A stretch of 64,000 nt of DNA from contig NZ_JAFIEU010000022.1 of assembly GCF_020832325.1 (NCBI RefSeq), positions 12,692 to 76,691 of the forward strand, written 5' to 3'. Under the pieces are notes generated by a model. It did no database searches, was not told the DNA's origin, and saw only the letters and a program-made list of their open reading frames with translations. Source of the stretch: Lunatimonas sp. (GTDB lineage Bacteria; Bacteroidota; Bacteroidia; Cytophagales; Cyclobacteriaceae). This document shows, one piece after another, positions 54,850 to 62,237 of this stretch. Numbering within the stretch: position 1 is the stretch's first letter; every line of letters begins with the position of its first letter. A program made the position numbers and the translations under genes.

Positions 54850-54864
54850 CTTTTTAAAAAGAAA

Positions 54865-55278
54865 TCACTCCTCGATTACCACGGCATTCGGATCAAATAC
54901 ATTGCTCTTGGCCATCCAGTTGGAGAATTCCTGCTCTCCCAATGCTGCCTTAAGTCCTCCCGAATTAACCGCAGTACCTTCTACCGTGTAACCGCTTACG
55001 AAGAAATAGTTTTCCACCTTTACAACGCCGTCCACCAGCACATCATACTCTGGGCCAGCCGACTGCAAGGCATTATCCATCGCGTCCTTAATATTGGCAC
55101 CTATGCCCAAAAACCCCGTACTTTTCCCTTTCACCCGTTTACCTGTGGATTTTTCAAACCCAATGGAGTGATTTTTTGAGCTTATGACCGTAAAATCAAC
55201 GATCCGCTGTGAGCAACTGAAAAAACTCAATGCTATTGCGATCATAGCAACATAGATAATTTGTCTCTTTACTTTCAT
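54865..55278 (-). CDS. small lipoprotein, function unknown
   Basis: The lipobox is 'LSFFSCSQ'. It is 137 aa and contains 'GFLGIGANIKDAMDNALQSAG.EYDVLVDGVV'. Confidence 0.6.
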   Translation of the reverse strand: MKVKRQIIYVAMIAIALSFFSCSQRIVDFTVISSKNHSIGFEKSTGKRVKGKSTGFLGIGANIKDAMDNALQSAGPEYDVLVDGVVKVENYFFVSGYTVEGTAVNSGGLKAALGEQEFSNWMAKSNVFDPNAVVIEE

Positions 55279-55831
55279 TTTGATTTCATTGAAAACAACT
55301 CCTACTCGTATGGCTTTTCGGAATGCGCCCCGTTTGAACCTAGTGGTTGCTGGACTCCACTTTATTGCATTTTATCAGGTGATTATTCCGTACAACCAAT
55401 TATATTCTGGTATCGCCTAAGATTGAGAATACGGGACCCTACATTTACAAAGGGATTGATTACAAAATCCTATGATACACCCTGTAGATAGAGCAAAATT
55501 AAAGGCTGGGTTTTGATTCGTGGCACCAATAATTGGTGGTTTTATACTAAAAAAGATAATTTATTTCGGAGTTGGGCTGATTGGTGGACTCAAAAACCCT
55601 CCCGCTATTCTGAATATAGCCATAGTGCATGCGACACTCAGTGGCACAACCACAAGCGATATTCCATTCCAGCCTTCGGTACGGGAAAATCAAAGGCCCC
55701 TCGGAAAAACCTTACATAATTCGAACTACTTACTTTAATTGCCTGGGCAACAAGGTACCTGAGTCCAGAAATACAAATCGTTAAAAGCCTGCGGCAATCC
55801 CCACCCAATAGCCTTCCAGAATAGCAATAGT

Positions 55832-56626
55832 TTACCAACTGCCCCGCAACCTCGCAAACAGCAGCTTTCTGCTGTCTCCATTTTTCGGAATAGGTATCTC
55901 AAAATAAGTATGTTTCGAATCGGATGAATAGCGTACCAACCGGATGTGGTTATCCTTTACCTGCTGTATCTTACTGACCGAGATCACATATTTTCGGCTA
56001 AGGTGGAAAAAATCCCCTTCGAGTTCCCGCTGGTAGTCCACGAAAAAATTTTTGAGGCCCGGGGAAGTAAACACAATCGGTCTTTCTTCATCCTGTAGGT
56101 AGGCGCGTATGATTTTCCCATCAGCTTCCAGCAAGACCAGCTTATCGAGTGGCAGGGGGGTGAGCTCTCCATAGCCCGTAGAAACAAAAATGGCCTTTGG
56201 GATGGTAGACGCCGACACCGTGCCGCCTGCCTTTCGCTGATTTTCACGCACCATCAACAGCTCCAACGTATCCGCCAATTGCTGACTTTGATACGGTTTT
56301 GTGAGATAGCTGTAGGGTGCCGTAAGTTTGGCCAGCTCAAAACCCTCGTTTCTGGGCAATCCTGACAGGAAAACTAACGGGATCGGTCGGGTTTGATTGA
56401 TGTGTTGGGCGAGGCGTATACCTGCGGTCCGGTCTCCACTCAACTCAATGTCCAACAATGCCATATCGGGAAGTTCGGCCTGCAACAAGCCTACCGCTTC
56501 GGAGACAGAAAGGGCAGGCCCTACTACCTCGATTTGACCCATTGGAAACATCTCATCCAAATCCGAACGGATTAATTCCCCTAGAATGGGGTCGTCCTCC
56601 AACAAAAGCATCTTCGTTTTATTCAT
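55832..56626 (-). CDS. LytTR-family two-component response regulator
   Basis: The receiver is 'MLLLEDDPILGELI...PDMALLDIEL' (phospho-Asp region) plus 'TKPY'. The C-terminus is a LytTR-type DNA-binding domain ('...LLEADGKIIRAYL....FFHLSRKYVISVSKI'). Confidence 0.85.
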   Translation of the reverse strand: MNKTKMLLLEDDPILGELIRSDLDEMFPMGQIEVVGPALSVSEAVGLLQAELPDMALLDIELSGDRTAGIRLAQHINQTRPIPLVFLSGLPRNEGFELAKLTAPYSYLTKPYQSQQLADTLELLMVRENQRKAGGTVSASTIPKAIFVSTGYGELTPLPLDKLVLLEADGKIIRAYLQDEERPIVFTSPGLKNFFVDYQRELEGDFFHLSRKYVISVSKIQQVKDNHIRLVRYSSDSKHTYFEIPIPKNGDSRKLLFARLRGSW

Positions 56627-56781
56627 CACACACAATCAAAACAATTAGGGTGGATTATACCAATTCTTTAACTCCAAAAGTCAACACAAGAATAATTTGT
56701 AAAGTAAACAGTTAAAATATCTGCTCCAAGTTAAATCGTTCCTATTGAAGGGTTTCACTGTAGAAATAGTAAAAGTAGCCA

Positions 56782-58650
56782 TCATGCTGACGAAAAAGTA
56801 CGGTTGCGCTTTATCTTCAAGGTGTACCATGTTCCACCTTCACTACGTACCGTCAGATCGGCCCTTATACTCTTGGCCAATTTGCCAATCAAATCCATCC
56901 CAATGCCTTTAGGCGACCCGGTATCGTCGATTCCTACTCCATTATCTCCAATTTGGAGAAGCAAAAAGGGCCCTTCATAAGCTAGGGAAACGCTGATTCG
57001 AGGTTCGGACACGTTTGTAAACGCGTATTTAATGGCATTGGTGACAATTTCTCCTACTATCATTCCGCAGTTCAGAAGCGTGTTAACAGGCAAAAACGCA
57101 TCTTCTTTTACCTTCACTTCGTAGATAACGTGGCCAAAACCGGATGTATCAAAGGCCTCTTTCAAACGATTGATCAATTCCTCCATATACTCACCAAGTG
57201 ATACTTCTTCCTCTTTCTCGACTCCATAGGTAAATTGCTGCAGCGAGGCTGCCGATAAAACAGCGGATTCGATCTGTTGCAGCTTTTCTTTCGATGCTGG
57301 GTCGGGTATAGTCTTTGCTGTCATCCGAAGGAGCGACTGTATTCGCATCAAGAGGTTGTAGGTCGTGTGTTTTATTTCAAGCTTCTGCATTTGTATATGC
57401 TGATTACTCTCCGCCAAGCGGCGGTTCAAACGGGAAAAAAAGAGGGTAATAAGGATAGCCGCCAGCAGGCCTATACCGAGGAAGACTAGGAGCTGAACCT
57501 GTTTTCTGGACTGCACCCGAGCCAGGGCCGCATCCTGCTCAAGCTGTTGGGTCACAAGTTCTTTTTCCCTCAAGGCATAGGTAGACTCTACCCGTTGTAC
57601 CTCTAGCTGCTCGGATTGGAATACCTCTTCGCGAAGACTAGTAAGCTCCTTGAAGGCAGTCAGGGCCGCTGGAAAATCCCCTTTACCCTCAAGCAGATCT
57701 ACTTTTTGGGCCAGGTACTCGATTTGTAGGTTTTTGACGGTAACAGACTGCAGCAGGTCTTCTGCCTTTAATAGATATCTTTCTGCTTCGGGCAACAGCG
57801 ATTTTGCAAGGAATAACCGAGCGAGACTAGTATAGCAGCCGACCAGTCCCTTTTTATCTTCCAGAGCCAAGTACAATTCCTCTGCTTTCCCTAGGTATTT
57901 TCCAGCAAGCTGTAAACTGTCTAAGTCCAAGTAACTATCGCCTATATTTTGGTAATTTTTCACATATGCTGTAGAATCCAGCAACAAGGTTTCCTTTACC
58001 CGCAAGGAATGAAGGTTATAAAATAAACTACTATCAATCCTGCCCTTGCCTGCTTGGCTAATCGCAATGTTGCCCATCAGATAGGAGGCCATAAGGGTAT
58101 CGCCATACTGGTAAGAGCGGAGGAGCCCTTCCCGGTGAAAGTCGATCGCCTTGTCCCAGTCGGCTAAGTTCTGGTAGGTGATTCCCATGGCATTTAGAAT
58201 ATTCGCCTCACTTTCCCAGTCGCCTGCCTTCCGTGCCAACTGAAGTGCCTCCTGATTAGCCTCCAGGCACCTTCCATACAACCCCAATTGCCTATATGCC
58301 ATAGCAAGGGAAATCTGGGAGGTTATCCACTTCGTGGTATCACTCAGCTCCTGCGCGAGCAAAACAGCCCTTTCGTAATTTTGCGCGCTCGCTGGGTAAT
58401 CTTGGCTTAGGTAGTACGAGTAGCCAAGGTTATTGTAGGTTTTTCGTGCGTTCGCGGGATTCTCCATCCAGCTGTTAAGCCCGGTGAGATCGGAAAGGAC
58501 CGCTATCGCTTCAGGAAATTTTTCCCTGTCCATTAAGTTTCCCGCCTGTTTGAACAGCGAGTCCGCGGGGATCGCCCGGTCAGGCCCCTGCGCCGAAGCA
58601 TCCGGCCAAACCAAAAGGAAGACGCCTAAAAACTGAAGTATCCGTTTCAT
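56782..58650 (-). CDS. TPR-repeat sensor histidine kinase (HisKA_2-like H-box + HATPase)
   Basis: It has a signal peptide and about 8 TPR-like units ('YNNLGYSYYLSQDY..A...YERA'). One TM segment ('LLVFLGIGLLAAILITLFF') follows. The H-box is 'EIKHTTYNLLMRIQSLL', the N-box 'VTNAIKYAF', G1 'DNGVGID' and G2 'GIGMDLI'. Confidence 0.8.
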   Translation of the reverse strand: MKRILQFLGVFLLVWPDASAQGPDRAIPADSLFKQAGNLMDREKFPEAIAVLSDLTGLNSWMENPANARKTYNNLGYSYYLSQDYPASAQNYERAVLLAQELSDTTKWITSQISLAMAYRQLGLYGRCLEANQEALQLARKAGDWESEANILNAMGITYQNLADWDKAIDFHREGLLRSYQYGDTLMASYLMGNIAISQAGKGRIDSSLFYNLHSLRVKETLLLDSTAYVKNYQNIGDSYLDLDSLQLAGKYLGKAEELYLALEDKKGLVGCYTSLARLFLAKSLLPEAERYLLKAEDLLQSVTVKNLQIEYLAQKVDLLEGKGDFPAALTAFKELTSLREEVFQSEQLEVQRVESTYALREKELVTQQLEQDAALARVQSRKQVQLLVFLGIGLLAAILITLFFSRLNRRLAESNQHIQMQKLEIKHTTYNLLMRIQSLLRMTAKTIPDPASKEKLQQIESAVLSAASLQQFTYGVEKEEEVSLGEYMEELINRLKEAFDTSGFGHVIYEVKVKEDAFLPVNTLLNCGMIVGEIVTNAIKYAFTNVSEPRISVSLAYEGPFLLLQIGDNGVGIDDTGSPKGIGMDLIGKLAKSIRADLTVRSEGGTWYTLKIKRNRTFSSA

Positions 58651-59007
58651 TTATCAGTAACTAAATGATTTCCAATAAAAAGCCTGAACAATATAGGCAG
58701 GCGCTTTGATATTTGAAATAAAAGAAACCAAGCAGCCATTTATTTATGCCGGCTGGGGAAAAAGAAACCTTATTTTGCCAAAAACAACAAAGGGCTCCAA
58801 GGCACTCCAGTTGCCTCAAAACCCTCTGAAGGTTAATTCGTGAATACCGATTAAATGTTGATCTATCATCTACTTGTGATTGAATGGCGCGATGGCCAGG
58901 TAGGTGGTGCCTATCCTTTGGATATTCCTGACCCTGTCTGTTGACAGGCGGATATTTGGCCATCGTCTTGCTATGTTCCGCTTTATATATACGCGATTCC
59001 ATAGTGT

Positions 59008-59157
59008 TCAATCCCTTCCGGGAGGCAGTTTATCCTCCGGATCCTTGCGCATCTCCTTAGTCTGAATGCTATCCATTTCGTCTTTTGCTTTCAAAAGATC
59101 GCAGGACACCAGCAATAAGGCACCAAGCAACACCGTAATTAATCCCTTCGTTTTCAT
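59008..59157 (-). CDS. possible 49-aa lipoprotein
   Basis: 'MKTKGLITVLLGALLLVSCDLLKAKDEMDSIQTKEMRKDPEDKLPPGRD' has a clean lipobox (LVSC). There is no other support. Confidence 0.3.
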   Translation of the reverse strand: MKTKGLITVLLGALLLVSCDLLKAKDEMDSIQTKEMRKDPEDKLPPGRD

Positions 59158-59504
59158 CTCGATATGGGTTAATGGGTCGCGTAATCTGCCAAAAGGCCAA
59201 AAGGGGGAAACCGGAGATGCTTTCGTGTGATACCCCAGACTTTTCACCTAGGCACCTCCGTATTGATCGATCTACTTGGACTATATTCTGTTGATTGAGT
59301 GCATAAATCATTCACGTTCGCCACTTGTGACTGCTATTAGCCCCAGCTATCTACAAAGTGAATTAACTTATATATATCATTTTATTTAAGTGCGTATCAT
59401 CATTTACTAATAGAAAGATACGGCTTTGTTTATTGGGGGTTAGTTATTATAATTGCCTTCATATTCCTGTCATTCTTATCCATTCTTAGAACAATTAGTA
59501 CCCT

Positions 59505-60569
59505 ATGGAAATCGATAACTTTGTATTCGTGAACTTTTCAAATGCCATCCTAAACGAGCTGAAAAATGAAATCCAAGAGAAAAGCCAGTCGCAGCAAGTC
59601 GATTTTACCTACGATTTCCATGTCTGGATGTACCCAAATGAAACCGGCGATTTCTTTCGGGAAAGGTTCACTACCACACAAAACGGGAAATATTTTTATG
59701 AAAAAAAACTCAGAGCAGAAAAAAACAAGACTATTTCCACCTTTATTAAAGAAGATATTTTTATTGAATTCTCGGAGTTTATCAAGCTTAGCATTCATCC
59801 AAGCATCGGTGCCCGTCACCTAATGGGCAACCCCCAGCTGAAGGCAAAAATATATCTACAAAATTTCATCAAAACCTTTATGCCCAACTGTGACAAGGAC
59901 ATTGTGAATAAATACCAAGTGATAGATGAAGAAACCGGACACCTCATAAGCGAAATGACAAACGAAAAAAACCCTGAATACAAGCCCATCGATGAATCCC
60001 TGGAAAAAGTGGAGGGGGCCATACAGCGATTTTTTAACTTGATATCCGGTAGTCAGGTGGAGGAAGCCTGGAATTACATCAGCAAATCCTACCAAGACCG
60101 AGGATGGAACGGTGACCTACAGCGTTTCGTGAAAGGATATGTTCACACCATCAGCGTCGACAACATACACGTGTTTGACTTCAAAAAGAGAGGTGGGCAG
60201 GTGTGTACCTGCAAGGTTTTCTATGAGGATACGGTCATTCTCTTTTCATCACTGGAGCTTGGCAATCTTCCGAGAATCACCATCGAGCAACTCGATCTTT
60301 TTGTTGAGCAGGTGAAGAAAATCGGCGACGCCAGTGTCGAATTTGATTTCGAGGGGTTTCGGAGATTTCCCATCCAAAAACTATTCGACCCGACTATTTC
60401 TGAATATACCTGGTACCTATGTAAAAAAGAGCCGGACGAGATCCGTAGCCTGTTCCCGCTAAAGGAAAAAACGGTGATTCCAAAGCTACTGGAATTTACC
60501 TGTGAATTGGCCAACGACCGGGTTACTTTCAAATCCATTGATCCAGTGCGGGTTGGGATAATCCGGTAA
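59505..60569 (+). CDS. hypothetical 354-aa protein, orphan, AT-rich
   Basis: A clean ORF with no signal peptide or TM segment and no motif I recognise. Sampled 60-nt lines are about 27-35% G+C, against about 50-57% in flanking genes. Confidence 0.6.
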   Translation: MEIDNFVFVNFSNAILNELKNEIQEKSQSQQVDFTYDFHVWMYPNETGDFFRERFTTTQNGKYFYEKKLRAEKNKTISTFIKEDIFIEFSEFIKLSIHPSIGARHLMGNPQLKAKIYLQNFIKTFMPNCDKDIVNKYQVIDEETGHLISEMTNEKNPEYKPIDESLEKVEGAIQRFFNLISGSQVEEAWNYISKSYQDRGWNGDLQRFVKGYVHTISVDNIHVFDFKKRGGQVCTCKVFYEDTVILFSSLELGNLPRITIEQLDLFVEQVKKIGDASVEFDFEGFRRFPIQKLFDPTISEYTWYLCKKEPDEIRSLFPLKEKTVIPKLLEFTCELANDRVTFKSIDPVRVGIIR

Positions 60570-60805
60570 ACGACTTGCGAGGCCAATCCTTTTTCTTATC
60601 GATCCGTCAACCAACGAACCAGGGCATCCATCTCTCTCAACGGAAGTTAGGCGACTGTAAAACAGCCATTTGTTTATCGGTCAATCCTCCAAAAACGCAC
60701 CTTCATCCCTTCATAGGCCAAATTCATGAAGTAAATTTATAGAAAGCAACTTCTTGGCGTTTCTTGCTATCCAAACCTACCGGCCACCTCAAGAAGAAAC
60801 GCGAC

Positions 60806-61531
60806 ATGGAACCTTTAGACCACCAGCAAGAACAACCTATCGCAGCGGTAATCCAGGCGCTTCGTCTACTGGGAAACGCTATACCAGGCATCAAAATTAT
60901 ACAAAGGAATGTGCCCTTTCAGAACCTCTACATTTGCCCCAGGGGAATAAAGTATCTCAACCTGTCAGAATCCTTCTTCTACCACCTCCCGCAGGAAGAA
61001 AGCAAAAAGGTAGTGTTTGACCCTACAGATCCATATACCTGCCTATTGGGGATTCAGGATCCAGGTGATCCGTCACAATCTGCCAAAAGTTTTTACATCC
61101 GACACGACCGATTGCAGCAAGAACATCAGATAGAACTGATCATCGTACAGAATCTTTTCCCCTCCGGTCCTGAAAAACGAAACTACGTGCTGCTACAGAT
61201 TATCCCACTGAGCTTTCAGCCTTGGGCCATCCCCAAAATCAAACGCATGGCGGCAGAGATGCACTTCCGGAAGACGCATCAGGGAAAATTCAACCTGCTT
61301 ACCGATCGGAACAAAGAAGTATTCTCCTTGATGGTTCGGTGCCTGAAAGCGGAGGAGATAGCAGACCGCCTATGCATTGGGGTGGACACTGTTAACTCCC
61401 ATAAGAAACGCATCAAGGAAATGCTCGAAACCAACCGGAACGAAGATCTTTTCCAATACGGGATGGCGTTTGACCTGCTGGCCGGTGAAAATGGGAAGTG
61501 TGAGATTGAGTCCTACGACCTCTCGTCATAA
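60806..61531 (+). CDS. LuxR-type (GerE HTH) transcriptional regulator with unassigned N-terminal sensory domain
   Basis: 'LTDRNKEVFSLMVRCLKAEEIADRLCIGVDTVNSHKKRIKEML' is the LuxR C-terminal HTH. The start is at ATG 60806. Confidence 0.75.
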   Translation: MEPLDHQQEQPIAAVIQALRLLGNAIPGIKIIQRNVPFQNLYICPRGIKYLNLSESFFYHLPQEESKKVVFDPTDPYTCLLGIQDPGDPSQSAKSFYIRHDRLQQEHQIELIIVQNLFPSGPEKRNYVLLQIIPLSFQPWAIPKIKRMAAEMHFRKTHQGKFNLLTDRNKEVFSLMVRCLKAEEIADRLCIGVDTVNSHKKRIKEMLETNRNEDLFQYGMAFDLLAGENGKCEIESYDLSS

Positions 61532-61619
61532 ATTGAAAATAGCCTAATTGTTGTTCTTCATCCCATCGAACGGCTCCGGCCAGTTGACCCCATATCATAA
61601 CTTCCGCTACATCTACCAT
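61527..61619 (-). pseudogene. 5' remnant (~30 codons) of a hipA/hipS-like toxin gene
   Basis: 'MVDVAEVMIWGQLAGAVRWDEEQQLGYFQF' looks like the start of the HipA N-terminal domain (V.V...G..vG.L........F.Y). Past this point the frame runs antisense through the 3' end of the LuxR gene and loses all similarity. Confidence 0.4.
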
Positions 61620-61685
61620 TCCAAATCCTCGTGCGCTTTGCTATTGGATTTCTTATTTCTCACACGCTCCTTGACCTGGCGCTTT

Positions 61686-61967
61686 TTAAGTTTGGCATGG
61701 TCCAAGGGACTTATTTCCTCTACGTAATTTAAAACCCTCTAAAACGTACACAGAATCCAGTGCTCTTAAAATTAGTATCAGGCTTGAAAGGGTGATGGAT
61801 TCACCGCTATCTATTTGGCTGATCGTCCATCGGTTTAAACCCGAATTTTCCGCCAGATGTGCCTCTGTCCGGTTCTGTTTTGCCCTTGTATCCTTGATAA
61901 AGCGGCCTATATGATCCACAATAGCTGTACCAGACATTTGAATGTAGGCTACGTTTGGTTTTGCCAT
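61686..61967 (-). CDS. XRE-family HTH protein (HipB-like antitoxin candidate)
   Basis: 'IGRFIKDTRAKQNRTEAHLAENSGLNRWTISQIDSGESITLSSLILILRAL' is a Cro/C1-type HTH. It lies immediately upstream of the hipA-like remnant. Confidence 0.7.
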   Translation of the reverse strand: MAKPNVAYIQMSGTAIVDHIGRFIKDTRAKQNRTEAHLAENSGLNRWTISQIDSGESITLSSLILILRALDSVYVLEGFKLRRGNKSLGPCQT

Positions 61968-62237
61968 CACCAATTAGATCTATTTGCTTTAAAGATTGTT
62001 TTTAGCAACAGACTTTTTCAAAAATAACCGAAAATGAAAAAAGGTACCAATCCTGCCCTGTTCAAAAGCCCGAAATGCGTACCTAAAAACTGCTCCTAAC
62101 CTGTCCTGGTATGTCTTTCCTTGCCATCTATCCGAGGTGATAGCCTAAGGGACATATCCCCTATCAAGATTCCCAACAAACTAAGCGCTTGGAGGTTTTA
62201 TAATTTGGCTCCTATTAGAAGCAGGAAGAGGCGTGAA

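Noticed and set aside
55261-55738. Short plus-strand ORFs (68-76 aa) in the gap upstream of the small lipoprotein gene.
   Set aside because: The frames overlap and have no signal or domain features. I retained the region only as a note in the finding on long non-coding gaps.
58661-59311. Minus-strand ORFs of 116, 79 and 80 aa between the histidine kinase and the orphan gene.
   Set aside because: They are overlapping, mutually exclusive frames with Cys/Arg-rich odd composition. Only the 49-aa lipobox-bearing sub-ORF (59008..59157) was kept, and that at low confidence. I looked here for the missing HipA kinase core and found none.
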